IMG/VR virus record: IMGVR_UViG_3300027754_000045
Coordinates: 1-64,000 of that record
Reading direction: 5' to 3' (one strand)
From: a virus
Length of the DNA stretch: 64,000 nucleotides
The notes under the pieces: generated by a model
Database searches by the model: none
Told to the model about the DNA's origin: nothing
The model's input: only the letters and a program-made list of their open reading frames with translations
Position numbers and translations under genes: made by a program
Shown here: piece after piece, positions 34,579-45,587 of the stretch
Numbering within the stretch: position 1 is the stretch's first letter
How the letters are laid out: each line of letters opens with the position of its first letter

Positions 34579-35687
34579 TGATATTAATTTTTAAAAAATT
34601 TATAACTAAAAAACCAAGAGAAATTAATGTTGCTATCGATAGTTTTGAAGAAATACAAAACGAAGAAAGCATTAATTTAGTTAATTTTCCACAAGTTTTT
34701 CCATCAGCTGTGCCTCCTTCCTGTGCATATCCATTAGATATTATGAGTTTGTTTCCTCGTTGGTTACATAAAATAAGTATATCGGGAGATGCAAATTTAA
34801 TAGAACTTACAAAACAATATTATGACTGGTTGGTATGTAAATCTAATGACATAAATTCTGTTGGATTTTTAAATTTAGAATCAATAAATGACATAGAAAC
34901 GATGCCAAATAGCTATGTAAAATATTCAGCAAGTTCTTATTTGCCTAGTTTACACACAAATGTAATAAATTATGACGGATATACTGGTGGACACGTAGAT
35001 CAGAATAAAATTCGTTTATTGTTAGATAATGTAAAAACTAATTTATATTCTCGTAAGGGATCTAAGCAAAGTTATGATACTGTTGTTGATACTCTTTTTG
35101 GCATTTCCGCAGAAAATATAAACATTTCTTATCCAAAAAAATTCGTTATGCGTCTTAATTCAGGTAAATATGATTGGATGGGAATAGAAACTGTTGAATT
35201 AGGAGATAATCCAATTGATTTACCAGCAGAATTATCCTCTAGTTTTTTAAATTTTTCAGTTTTACCCGATAATGGTTTATGGCAAGATTATTCTTATGTT
35301 GTTAATGTTTCTGGTCTTTCACTAGAAGCATACACTAACGTAGTGCGACCATTATTGCATCCCGCAGGAACTGCTGATTTCTTTCAAATAAGACAAGATA
35401 TTTTTAATAATAACTCTGAAACTGTACGAGTTTTTACAAGCGAAATTCCAAAAATTAATAATTATTATGGTTACACTATGGGTTCTTTTTCCTCTCTTTC
35501 TTCTTGTGATCAAGGGGCTGGAGGAGACAAAACGTTTGTATTTCCTTCTTGGGACGAAGAAATTTCGTTATATAATTCGGGAGTAACTTTTGGTAATATA
35601 AATATAGTAGATTTTACTACATTAACGCCAAAATCAGGAATGGGTTATCCAAACGAATCAATAATTGCTGAAGGAACGTGTGTATAA
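34578..35687 (+). CDS. gp7: baseplate wedge gp7-like
   Basis: QYYDWL, LY.RKGS..S, WQDYSYV, LLHPAG motifs; synteny. Confidence 0.75.
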   Translation: MILIFKKFITKKPREINVAIDSFEEIQNEESINLVNFPQVFPSAVPPSCAYPLDIMSLFPRWLHKISISGDANLIELTKQYYDWLVCKSNDINSVGFLNLESINDIETMPNSYVKYSASSYLPSLHTNVINYDGYTGGHVDQNKIRLLLDNVKTNLYSRKGSKQSYDTVVDTLFGISAENINISYPKKFVMRLNSGKYDWMGIETVELGDNPIDLPAELSSSFLNFSVLPDNGLWQDYSYVVNVSGLSLEAYTNVVRPLLHPAGTADFFQIRQDIFNNNSETVRVFTSEIPKINNYYGYTMGSFSSLSSCDQGAGGDKTFVFPSWDEEISLYNSGVTFGNINIVDFTTLTPKSGMGYPNESIIAEGTCV

Positions 35688-35689
35688 TA

Positions 35690-37516
35690 ATGACAAATAA
35701 CCAAAAATTATCATCACTAACAATCAATAAAGCACCAGAAGAAATGTTTTTAGTTTTGGGTCAGATTAAAGATTCTGAACTTGGATTTAACATTATTTCT
35801 GATGGAGTTTTTGCAAAAAGAATTCCAGACAAAGAAAAGTGCGTAATTGCTAAAAATAATATATGGCAATCGGGAAAAATATATAATGAGGTTGGATCTC
35901 AAGAAAATTATTATGTTTTAAATAATAATAATAATGTTGTTTATTTGTGTATTTCTAATAATGCAAATAATAATAATCAAGATGTTATTAACATGTCTGT
36001 GGTTATTCCAAACCACACCACACCAACAATAAATCAACTAAGTGATGGTTACTCCTGGCTTCCTCTGTATAGAGTTGATAGCAGCCAATTGAATTTTATT
36101 ACTAACAAAGATCTTCCTACTGCAAAGATATTTGTAGAAAAAGAATATTCTTCGTTTTTTGAAAAATACAAACCATTATGTGGATCTGGGGTTACTTCTT
36201 TTGGTTGTTGTTGTCTTTATTTTAAAGAAAGTAACATAGACGAAATTACTAATGAAGTTTATACCAAAGGTAGTATTACTAATGAAACTATATTTTCGAC
36301 TTGCTATGAATGCCAAAAATTAGCTGATTCTTTAAAAAGAGAAGTTTTATTTCTGGATGGATTGACTGCAGGATCGGTAGAAAATAGCAATAATGATAAA
36401 AATTATTTATGTCCTTCGACAAAATATATAAAAGAAATTTTAGAAGAATTTGAAGATAATAAGTATAACACTATACCCAATAGTAGTAATGCGTTTTCTT
36501 ATGGTCTTTTAAACAACTTTAATAATTTTTCTGGAATTATGTTTGCTCGAATTAATACTAACGATATAACAGAATCAGAAAAAATAATAAGTACTCCAAA
36601 TCCTTTAGTTAATATTGTTGATACCACTGGCTCTGGTGCTGTTGTTAGGCTAAAAACAATTCAAATCAGTACAAACAACCACAAAGTAATTGGAATCGAA
36701 ATAATATCCAGAGGATCAGGTTACAGTAAATTGCCTGATTTTTATGTAGACGGAATTTCAGAAAACAATATTATAAATTCCATTATTAGTATAGGTGTTT
36801 TTCCCGAATCCATATTTATTTCATCTGATGAATATGTTTATCCAATATCGTATAAAATAAAAACATCGATTATAACAGACGAACTTTCTTCTATGATTTC
36901 TTCGGCTAATATTGATAGCTATACTATATTAACAAATCCAGATTATACTGATAATAATTCTAAAATAATTTCTACAAAAAACAATTCTGATTATTTTTCA
37001 CTAGAAACTAGAGTCATTTGCGGTTTATCAGGAGAACAAATATCAATCGTTAATCAACAACAATTGGTAGATAATAGTCTTTCTGGAGGAGGATCTAATC
37101 CAAACTTTAAATCAAACATAGTTAGTGGATTTAGTTTATTAACAGTAAGAAACAATAATGGTGTGTATATTAATAATATATCAAAAAATAATTATCAAGT
37201 ATTTTCTTCTGGTGTACAGACAACAAGCAACGGTGTTATAAAATTTAAACCAGATAGTATTAATACATATTCTATACCTGGAGTTATAGCCTTTACAACA
37301 GACACAAACGATTCTGTTATTAAAGATGATATTTTAAAAATACAGGTTGGAAGCACAACTAAATATTATAATGTTTTGGGTGTAGAGCTTTCTCCACTCA
37401 AAAAAGACTCTGGTAAATCAGTTTCTTCTGGTCTGTTGAGTAATAATATAACAAATAAAACTAACGAAATAACGAAATCTTACGCATTTACTATAAACAT
37501 AGATACAATAGAATAA
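35690..37516 (+). CDS. gp8: baseplate wedge gp8-like
   Basis: W.SG..Y, YYV.N...VY.CISN, P.H, DGY.W..LY motifs. Confidence 0.75.
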   Translation: MTNNQKLSSLTINKAPEEMFLVLGQIKDSELGFNIISDGVFAKRIPDKEKCVIAKNNIWQSGKIYNEVGSQENYYVLNNNNNVVYLCISNNANNNNQDVINMSVVIPNHTTPTINQLSDGYSWLPLYRVDSSQLNFITNKDLPTAKIFVEKEYSSFFEKYKPLCGSGVTSFGCCCLYFKESNIDEITNEVYTKGSITNETIFSTCYECQKLADSLKREVLFLDGLTAGSVENSNNDKNYLCPSTKYIKEILEEFEDNKYNTIPNSSNAFSYGLLNNFNNFSGIMFARINTNDITESEKIISTPNPLVNIVDTTGSGAVVRLKTIQISTNNHKVIGIEIISRGSGYSKLPDFYVDGISENNIINSIISIGVFPESIFISSDEYVYPISYKIKTSIITDELSSMISSANIDSYTILTNPDYTDNNSKIISTKNNSDYFSLETRVICGLSGEQISIVNQQQLVDNSLSGGGSNPNFKSNIVSGFSLLTVRNNNGVYINNISKNNYQVFSSGVQTTSNGVIKFKPDSINTYSIPGVIAFTTDTNDSVIKDDILKIQVGSTTKYYNVLGVELSPLKKDSGKSVSSGLLSNNITNKTNEITKSYAFTINIDTIE

Positions 37517-37524
37517 TACCTAAA

Positions 37525-38220
37525 ATGACAATACCTCTACCCTTTTCCGATTCGTTTTCTTTGACACCACCACCATTCAATAGTCGTGTTAGTAATCAAA
37601 TTGATCAAATTAAAAATTATTATGCTGTTGCTTTTAAACCAGGGTATCCTCTTCAAGCATCAGAATTAAACGAAATTCAAGAAATTTTTTATGTACAACA
37701 AACATTAACACAAACTATGATTTCTAATTGGATGTCTACTGGTGTTATTTCAGGGAGTAATATGGTAACTGGGCCAGGTTGGGATGGTTGTACTCCAATA
37801 AATCCGAATTTAATTACATATACTGCTGGTACTAATACTAATACTTTAACTTTTGGTCTTGGTTGGTATTTAATCAAAAAAACTAACGTTAATGGTGGTA
37901 TTGGTGTTTGGGTTTATAATAATAGCATTACAAATATTAGTTCTGTTGTTGCTGGTGATTATGGAATTATTGTTGAACCTATTACGATTAATTGTACATC
38001 TATAAATCCAGAACCATCTAATACAGATTCATCTCTACAGGATCAAATTGGGATTAATGTTATTAATGGTCCTTGTGGTGCGGCACGTTTAAAATTAAAT
38101 GTTCATGCATTTAGTAATATAAATACAGTGACTACAAGATATCTATGCCCCATTTTAACTGTTACTGCTGCGACTGGAGTAAACACGTTAACTTACAAAA
38201 ATAACTACAAAATAACATGA
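37525..38220 (+). CDS. short DUF4815/VrlC-like virion protein
   Basis: YY...FKPG.PLQA.EL.E.Q and GA.RLK motifs; 231 aa only. Confidence 0.65.
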   Translation: MTIPLPFSDSFSLTPPPFNSRVSNQIDQIKNYYAVAFKPGYPLQASELNEIQEIFYVQQTLTQTMISNWMSTGVISGSNMVTGPGWDGCTPINPNLITYTAGTNTNTLTFGLGWYLIKKTNVNGGIGVWVYNNSITNISSVVAGDYGIIVEPITINCTSINPEPSNTDSSLQDQIGINVINGPCGAARLKLNVHAFSNINTVTTRYLCPILTVTAATGVNTLTYKNNYKIT

Positions 38221-40637
38221 CAACAACACCAAATATAGCAGACAGCAGTACGTTTAAAACGTGGTTTGAAACCACTAATAGTATAATTGATGTTATTAAT
38301 GGTATTAGCTTATATAATGCCTTTGCTGGGGATGGTATAAAGATAACTTCTACTAATAATAATTTTACGTTTAGTCATTCTAATGCTGTTACTACGGGAA
38401 TTACATTTAGTGGATCTGTTTTGTTTAATGGTAGTGTGGATCTTGGATCTCAGGCAACAATTGGTGCACTTACTATTAGTGTGACTCCTAAAATTGCTGG
38501 AGTAACATCGGGAAATATTGTTATTATTAGTCCAACATTGGGTCTTACTTTAGCAAAAGCAGACAATGCTGTTAACGCTGAAGTTTTTGGAATAGTATCA
38601 AATCAAACAAGCACTAGTACTGTAGTTACTGTTGGTGGTAATATAAACAATACGTTATTCAGTAAAACTATTGGAAATTGTTTAGGAATTAGTGGTGCAA
38701 CTCTTATTCCAGGACAAGCGTATTTTTTAAGTCCAACAATAAGCGGAGGAATTACTACATTTGAACCAAATACTTATGGTTCTATTTCTAAACCTATTTT
38801 GTTGGGTATTACTGGTAATTCTGGATTAATATTACAACATCGTGGTATTCTTTTAGAAGGCATAAGTGCTGGCATCACTGCAGAACTAGACAATAAAATT
38901 ATTATCGAGATTAGCGGTATTACTAGTTCAAATATTGTGGATTTTGGGGGGATTACGTGTGATTATGATGCATCCAGACCAGTTAAAATAGGAGATCCCG
39001 TTATTTATTTTACCGACACTAGCAATCCTGATTTTAGTGATTACTCAATGAACCCAGCCGTACAGTTTATTAGAAAGAAATTTAGAGGTAAATTAAATAA
39101 TTCTACAAATTTAAATGTATATGTTCCGAAAAATGCACCAACAAGTGATAGTGAATATCTAGAGCAATTTACAAGTAATCATGTTTTAGGTTTAATATCT
39201 AAAATTCTTTCAGAAACAGTAGACGGTTCTGGAGTCATGACTAAAATTTTTGAAGTTACTACTATTGGTGGTGCATTTAATGTGAATATTAGTGATTTAG
39301 ATCCTTTACTTTATACAAATACTACAATTACTTCTCCTTTAGTTTATAAATCAATTAATGATGGTGGAGCGAATTTTGGACTCACCATAGCCACAGCCAC
39401 ACAGCAAGGAAAATTTTGTGATTATATAAAAACAGATGCTAATACTGCAAAAATAATTTTTTCCAGGGCACAAGCGTACAGTACTTCCAATCCTTTATTT
39501 ACCAACAGTTCTGGTGGTCTTACCTCAGGAACTGAATACGATAATTTGATTCCTAATGGTGCATTTAGTATTTGGCAAAGGCATGTTACTGGATTGACGC
39601 AGGGTTCATTAAATACATACTCAACTCCGTTTGCGGATAGATGGTTTATTGTTAAGAACGGCGTAACTGGTCTAACAGCAAGCATTACCAGACAGACATT
39701 TGATTCATATCAAACCGATGTTCCAGGATCACCGCTATATTTTGTGGATTGTAATTTTCAATATACTTCGGTTTCTGATTTAAAAAACAGACCAAAATTA
39801 GAAAATATTCAAAAAGAAGCTCGATTTCTTCAGGGACAAAACGCAACATTAAGTTTTTGGGGATTTGCTTCTGGCATAACTGGTTGTACTCTAGACCTTG
39901 TTTATAATCGTTATAAAGATCAATATACTACAACACTAGGCGTTACCACGGATTTAATGGCTCGTGAGTTGATTAACACAGAAACCGTATTAATTTCTCC
40001 TGGTGTATGGCAAGAATACAAATATACCTTTAGTGTCGGACCATGGAACACAATGACTACTGCAGAAAATGGTTGGTTTAGTATTGGGTTTGAGTTTCCA
40101 AGTTGTGTATCAACAATTAGTTTGGCTCAAGTTCAATTAGATTATGCAGGTAGCGAAGGACCAGTATTCTATGTTAGTCAAGATAAAGAACTTGAACGAT
40201 GTAAACCTTATTACCAACGATCTTATGATTTAGGTCAAACTGCAGGTTATAATTATTCTGAAAATAATTCAACAAAAAATGAATACACGATTCAGACAGG
40301 AAATCTTACTACTCAGAGTGTTTATTTTGTTAAATTTCCTTCCATGATGGTTGGTGTTCCGCAAGTGGCAATATACACACCAAACGGAATTCTTGGAGAT
40401 GCGTTTAATATTAATGCAAAAAGAAATATGGTAGATGTCAGTACTGGAGAACTTGTACTATATCCTTGGAGTGCTACTCAATTTTACAGGACTAGTAGCT
40501 CAAGTCAATACGGAAATATTACTACGGGAAATGTTAGTAAAAACGGAACAGAAATTGTTATAATGAATGGTGCTCTTTCCTTGGATGCTTTACAATTCCA
40601 CTACATAGCAGATTCGGATTTAAATTTAAATGTATAA
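38217..40637 (+). CDS. tail fibre or baseplate structural protein with C-terminal carbohydrate-binding-like module
   Basis: TF..W...TN N-terminus; LAKAD....EV.G / GQ.YFLSP module; NLIPNGAFSIWQR...ADRW...ELERC..YY module. Confidence 0.65.
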   Translation: MTTTPNIADSSTFKTWFETTNSIIDVINGISLYNAFAGDGIKITSTNNNFTFSHSNAVTTGITFSGSVLFNGSVDLGSQATIGALTISVTPKIAGVTSGNIVIISPTLGLTLAKADNAVNAEVFGIVSNQTSTSTVVTVGGNINNTLFSKTIGNCLGISGATLIPGQAYFLSPTISGGITTFEPNTYGSISKPILLGITGNSGLILQHRGILLEGISAGITAELDNKIIIEISGITSSNIVDFGGITCDYDASRPVKIGDPVIYFTDTSNPDFSDYSMNPAVQFIRKKFRGKLNNSTNLNVYVPKNAPTSDSEYLEQFTSNHVLGLISKILSETVDGSGVMTKIFEVTTIGGAFNVNISDLDPLLYTNTTITSPLVYKSINDGGANFGLTIATATQQGKFCDYIKTDANTAKIIFSRAQAYSTSNPLFTNSSGGLTSGTEYDNLIPNGAFSIWQRHVTGLTQGSLNTYSTPFADRWFIVKNGVTGLTASITRQTFDSYQTDVPGSPLYFVDCNFQYTSVSDLKNRPKLENIQKEARFLQGQNATLSFWGFASGITGCTLDLVYNRYKDQYTTTLGVTTDLMARELINTETVLISPGVWQEYKYTFSVGPWNTMTTAENGWFSIGFEFPSCVSTISLAQVQLDYAGSEGPVFYVSQDKELERCKPYYQRSYDLGQTAGYNYSENNSTKNEYTIQTGNLTTQSVYFVKFPSMMVGVPQVAIYTPNGILGDAFNINAKRNMVDVSTGELVLYPWSATQFYRTSSSSQYGNITTGNVSKNGTEIVIMNGALSLDALQFHYIADSDLNLNV

Positions 40638-40652
40638 AAATAAGGAAATCTA

Positions 40653-41819
40653 ATGGCATCTAATTCGTCTAGTTCGTTAAATACCAGAATATTTGCTCCG
40701 TATGTAATATTATCACAAAACACCTCACGTCTTTTGATAAAAATTAGTACTGGACAAGGTTATAGTATTGTTTCAGGAATTACATTAGGAGACGTTATTA
40801 GATTTGATCCTACTTTTAGTTCTGGTGGTTTAACAGGACAATATGTTAAATCACAAGCAAACACCGACGCAAATGCCGAAGTTCTTGGAGTGGTTGAAAG
40901 TATAGAAAATAATTCGTATACTGTTGTGACTCATGGTTCTATTTTATATCCAAATAACAGATTAGTTGGTCTTTGTGGTGCTAATGGCGGCTTAGATGTT
41001 TTATTTTTAAGTCCAGGAATATCTGGAGGATTAACGGGAACAGCAGAAGTTGGAAGTGTTGCTTCTATAGTAAAACCAGTTATACAAATTGCTCCCCATG
41101 GTTTTTATTATAATGCTGTTGTTGTAAATTATCTTGGTTTTAAGGTTGGTGGTTCAGCTGGAGGTCAGCAGGCGTTACTTGGATCAAACGAAAATGGTAG
41201 AAGTGTAGGAGAAATAATATGGGCATCAGAAGATGCTGTTTTAGAAGAAAATTGGATAAATTTAAGTGAAGATGTTCTTTTAGAAAAAGATAATTATCCA
41301 GAATTGTTTTCTATATACAAAACAGATAATGGTCCTTGGCAAGAACAATTAACTTTTAGTTCTACGCCAAATGTATATCTTCAAAATAAAAATACATATC
41401 AGATTAATGATTCTGGATTTAAAGTAAATTTTGGAACTGTAACAGAAATAAATAATATAGAAAAATCTATTATTATAACTCGAACTACTCCTAATACTAC
41501 AACGGTTTCGTTAGATAAACAATACGTTAATAATGTTGTTAACGGAGCAATAACTGATTTAAATTTTGTTTCTAAGAAAGTTTATAAATTTACTATACCA
41601 GCCGTAAAATCAGATATTAATCCAAAACAAAATGACGTTGTGCTTGTTCCTTATATTAATAGTAGAGCAAAACCGTTTATATTAAATTTTTCAACAAATC
41701 CTGTTTTTGATAATTTAACTATTGGTCAAACTCTTTCTGTGGGCAGTATAACAAATGTGGAAAATAAAATATTGGCAATGCAATATCAAATTGATCAATT
41801 AAATTCTAGGACAACATAA
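40653..41819 (+). CDS. virion structural protein with collar-like region
   Basis: SQAN....EVLGVV and FLSP module paralogous to the previous gene; VG.I.W...W......YPELF collar-like motif. Confidence 0.6.
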   Translation: MASNSSSSLNTRIFAPYVILSQNTSRLLIKISTGQGYSIVSGITLGDVIRFDPTFSSGGLTGQYVKSQANTDANAEVLGVVESIENNSYTVVTHGSILYPNNRLVGLCGANGGLDVLFLSPGISGGLTGTAEVGSVASIVKPVIQIAPHGFYYNAVVVNYLGFKVGGSAGGQQALLGSNENGRSVGEIIWASEDAVLEENWINLSEDVLLEKDNYPELFSIYKTDNGPWQEQLTFSSTPNVYLQNKNTYQINDSGFKVNFGTVTEINNIEKSIIITRTTPNTTTVSLDKQYVNNVVNGAITDLNFVSKKVYKFTIPAVKSDINPKQNDVVLVPYINSRAKPFILNFSTNPVFDNLTIGQTLSVGSITNVENKILAMQYQIDQLNSRTT

Positions 41820-41821
41820 TA

Positions 41822-43168
41822 ATGAGTACTATTGGATCTAGTGTTGTTTCTGAATTATCATCAGAAAATTCTTCTGTTGGTTCTACTGGTCCTACTGGTC
41901 CTACTGGTCCTATTGGACCTATTGGTTCTGGTGCAACTGGTGCAACTGGTAATAGCGTTATTGGAATTAGTCTTGTTGATCGTTATATTATAACTACTTT
42001 TTTTGACGGAACTACTTACGGAACTTCAACACAAGCAATAGGTAAAACTGGGGATGGGCTTGTCAAATTAAATTTTTCTAATATTGGAACAGGTAATAGT
42101 TTAGGATATAATATAACAAATAATAAAACACTTGCTATACGACCAATAGTTTTTTTAGAAAACGAAAATTCAAAGTATAGCATAAACTTAAATTCAGAAA
42201 ATAATGCTTATGATATTAATTTAATAACTAATAGTTCTGGTATAACTTTACTTGCTGGAAGTTCATCAAATAAACTATTAACATTCAATTCTACGGGAAA
42301 ACCGCAAACACTAAACAATACATCTGTAAATGAATATGGTGTTAATTTTGTTTCTGCAAATATTTTTGAGTTTGTTCGTGGTGGTGGCTGGACTGGTTCT
42401 ACTGGAGCAATTAATTGTTTTGGAAGTGTTTCTGGTATTACTTGTATTTTAAATCCATGTGTGCCAGAATATGGTAAAATGTATGGTTCAAAATCTCACG
42501 TATATTATACTAATTTTAGAGGAATGACAGCTTCTATAGGAATAATCAACCCCCCAAACGACAAAAGGGTGTATGGATTTGATTTGTTCGTTCGTAATGC
42601 ATTAAATCCTACAAATATTTCTGAAAGGTTTGGTGACAACATTAAATGGTCTTTGAATAGGGCTCCTTGTTTTAGTTTTGGTGGTACTACTTGTGATTTA
42701 AAACTTTCTTTTTTTGGATTAGGAGGTTCTACTTGTTGGTATGGGTCGGCTGTTGCTATTCCAAATTTGAATAATAAAACTTGTCCTGGTCTTTCTTTGT
42801 TTGACTCTAGTTGCTCTGGAGATTCTAATTTTGTAGAAGCAGGAAGTGCTGTTCCTAAAAATATTAACGACATAGGAGCTTGCTGTAGTGTGGATGGTTT
42901 ATGTGTTGAAACTTACGCATCAGAGTGTTCTGGATTTTTCCATGGAGCAGGAACTACTTGCGGTAATATTAATAATTCTATTTGTAATAAAATAGGTGCT
43001 TGTTGTGTTTATATGCCTTCGTATTCTTGTTATGATTACTTAACTTGCACGGAATGTTTGGCTCTTGGTTATGATTCTTCTATTTCAACATTTTTTGGTG
43101 GAAATTTTAGTAATTGTAAAAATGTTAATTGTCTTGAGATAAGCAATAATTATTTTAATTTTTTATAA
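41822..43168 (+). CDS. fibre protein with short collagen-like (GPT)n repeat and GACC Cys modules
   Basis: GSTGPTGPTGPIGPIGSGATGATG; two GACC...C...C modules. Confidence 0.65.
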   Translation: MSTIGSSVVSELSSENSSVGSTGPTGPTGPIGPIGSGATGATGNSVIGISLVDRYIITTFFDGTTYGTSTQAIGKTGDGLVKLNFSNIGTGNSLGYNITNNKTLAIRPIVFLENENSKYSINLNSENNAYDINLITNSSGITLLAGSSSNKLLTFNSTGKPQTLNNTSVNEYGVNFVSANIFEFVRGGGWTGSTGAINCFGSVSGITCILNPCVPEYGKMYGSKSHVYYTNFRGMTASIGIINPPNDKRVYGFDLFVRNALNPTNISERFGDNIKWSLNRAPCFSFGGTTCDLKLSFFGLGGSTCWYGSAVAIPNLNNKTCPGLSLFDSSCSGDSNFVEAGSAVPKNINDIGACCSVDGLCVETYASECSGFFHGAGTTCGNINNSICNKIGACCVYMPSYSCYDYLTCTECLALGYDSSISTFFGGNFSNCKNVNCLEISNNYFNFL

Positions 43169-43171
43169 ATA
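43164..43171 (+). promoter_or_regulatory. T4-type late promoter TATAAATA
   Basis: Exact motif, 4 nt before ATG 43176. Confidence 0.65.
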
Positions 43172-43175
43172 TAAT

Positions 43176-45587
43176 ATGAGCAATTTTTATTCTAACAGTA
43201 CATTTAATATTAATTCCTTAGGTTTTGGTTTTGGTGCTACGGGACCAAAAGGACCTACGGGACCAACAGGTCCTACTGGACCTACTGGACCAACAGGCAA
43301 TAGTGGTATAGGATTAAAAAGAATTGATACATGGGTCACTAAAAATAATTCAGATTCAGTTACTATTGTTCTGTCTGACGAAACAAGTATTACTATTAAT
43401 GGTTTGTCTGGAAATTCGTCAGATTTTGATACTAATCTTTTTAATATAATAGGCAGTACTGCAGTTAGGTCATCATCAATAAATATTAATAGTAGTGTTT
43501 CTGGCTCTACTGCTTATTTTACTCCTTTGGCGGGTTTTGGTGAAATATCTCTTAGTAAAATATCAAACGATTTAGTTTTTCACGGAACTACTGCAACATC
43601 TGGTATCACTAATGTTATATTATACTCTAAGGGTAATACTTTAGCAAGTTTAATTGATTCTAGTGGAAATAATACACTATTTAAATATAATATTAATACT
43701 TTTGGTTCTACGACAAATTCTGTTGCAATAGCAAATTTATCTTCGTTTTTATTAAGAACATCTACTACAGGAATAACTAATCATAACGCAACAGCATCTT
43801 TTACTTCTGGAATTACTGGTATAGTTTCTAATTTTACCGATATGTCTGTTTACAACACAACTATTAGTAGTCAGGCTGTTGTGAGTAAACAATTTTATCA
43901 TAGTTCTAATCAAGACGTTAGATCTATTGTTAATTCTGCTGGTGAAGTACAGAACAGCGGAATAACTTCTTTTTTCAATACTATTTTTGCTAATATTTCT
44001 CAAGGAATTTCGTATGGATTTAGAAACTTTGGATCTTGTTTTTATAAAGGATGCAAGTGTTTAGACTACGCAACAAAAGAATATTGTGACACAATTGGCG
44101 GAACATTTTCCTCTTCTTCTCTATGTAGAGATATTGTGGGTAGTAGTCCTAATTCAACTGGTTCTTGTTGCCGAGGAATAACTTGCGTTAATACAACAGA
44201 AGCACAATGTGGTTTTGTTGGTGGTCACTGGGGTGGAAATAATACAAATTGTGCTGGAGCTTTTTGTGGAGGAGAGTTTACTCATATTGCAGCTGGATAT
44301 GATCATGCTGCTGTGGTTTATAAAAGTCCTAGTAATATAAATTATTTAATTGGCTGGGGACGAAATCTTGATGGTCAATGTAAAGGAACAACTTCCACTA
44401 ACGGAATCATTGTTAGTGAATCTGAAACAGCAATTCAACCACACGTAATAAAATTAAAGGGTCAATTTTTATCTAATATTAAAGGGGAAAGTTTGATATG
44501 CAGCGATTCGAAGACTGCGGTTATTAGTAATGATGGCAACATTATTATGATTGGAGGAAATACCGAATTAAGCCAGGCAAAGCTGAATCCAAACACAACA
44601 TTTGGTAGATCAATATATGGTACGTTAAATAGCAGTGGAACTCCTAATCTAGATCCTGGTTGCGTTAAAATACACGGAATTACAATAACAAATCCTACAC
44701 AAATTTCAATGTGGCACACAACTCATGCATTAATGCCTGATAAAACAGTTCGTACTTGGTGTGATCAAGGATATCAAGATGGTGCTTATAATGCAAGCAC
44801 TATGTTTGGTGTTAGTGGTAGAGGAGGAGGGCCTAATGGATTAACTGGATTTACTGCAGATTATGTTTATGCTGGACCATATGCAACATATTTTGCTCAC
44901 CAAAATGGAATGACGCATACTACGGTTTTTAACGAAACACCAGCGCAGTGCGATGGAAACCGCTTTGCCGTTGCTGGAGATAGATTGCAAACAAAAACTT
45001 GTGCAGGAGATGTTGCTGCTCCAGCATTTTATTATAATAGCGTTAATAATTTTCCTGGTTTATCTTTCGGGATACCTCTAGAATATTTTGGTAATAGTAA
45101 TGACTTGAAAGGAGTATTCAGAGTAAAACAATTTGTTGCTTCACGATCACAAATAGTTTGGTTGTCTTATGATCCTAGTGGTTCAACGAATTGGACTTAC
45201 ATCCAGAATCACCAAAATAAACCAGGAATGAAAGGACATTGTGGAGATGGGCGTGATGAGTCAGACAACGGAATAACATATGATGGAGATATTGCTTTTA
45301 CAAAATTAGCATCAGGAGCTTATCACATAATTGCCTTAAAGAATGACGGAAATATAATAGTATATGGAGAAAATGATTTGGGGGAATCTACTATTTCAGA
45401 TGAAGCGGACGAGGCTTCTAGAATTCGTGGAGTAAAATTTATAGATGTGGCTGCTACAGCTCATAATACATTTGTTCTTGGAGAAGACAGCATAATATAT
45501 GCTTGGGGTGATCCATTAACAAATTTAATTCAGAATGTGCCAAAAATAGAAGATATTCCAGCAATATTTAACAGAAGTCTATCATGA
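43176..45587 (+). CDS. fibre protein: collagen-like repeat, Cys modules and RCC1-like propeller
   Basis: (GPT)n; GSCC..C; IAAGYDH..WGRNLDGQC and ASGAYHIIALKNDG.I..YG.N..G repeats. Confidence 0.65.
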   Translation: MSNFYSNSTFNINSLGFGFGATGPKGPTGPTGPTGPTGPTGNSGIGLKRIDTWVTKNNSDSVTIVLSDETSITINGLSGNSSDFDTNLFNIIGSTAVRSSSININSSVSGSTAYFTPLAGFGEISLSKISNDLVFHGTTATSGITNVILYSKGNTLASLIDSSGNNTLFKYNINTFGSTTNSVAIANLSSFLLRTSTTGITNHNATASFTSGITGIVSNFTDMSVYNTTISSQAVVSKQFYHSSNQDVRSIVNSAGEVQNSGITSFFNTIFANISQGISYGFRNFGSCFYKGCKCLDYATKEYCDTIGGTFSSSSLCRDIVGSSPNSTGSCCRGITCVNTTEAQCGFVGGHWGGNNTNCAGAFCGGEFTHIAAGYDHAAVVYKSPSNINYLIGWGRNLDGQCKGTTSTNGIIVSESETAIQPHVIKLKGQFLSNIKGESLICSDSKTAVISNDGNIIMIGGNTELSQAKLNPNTTFGRSIYGTLNSSGTPNLDPGCVKIHGITITNPTQISMWHTTHALMPDKTVRTWCDQGYQDGAYNASTMFGVSGRGGGPNGLTGFTADYVYAGPYATYFAHQNGMTHTTVFNETPAQCDGNRFAVAGDRLQTKTCAGDVAAPAFYYNSVNNFPGLSFGIPLEYFGNSNDLKGVFRVKQFVASRSQIVWLSYDPSGSTNWTYIQNHQNKPGMKGHCGDGRDESDNGITYDGDIAFTKLASGAYHIIALKNDGNIIVYGENDLGESTISDEADEASRIRGVKFIDVAATAHNTFVLGEDSIIYAWGDPLTNLIQNVPKIEDIPAIFNRSLS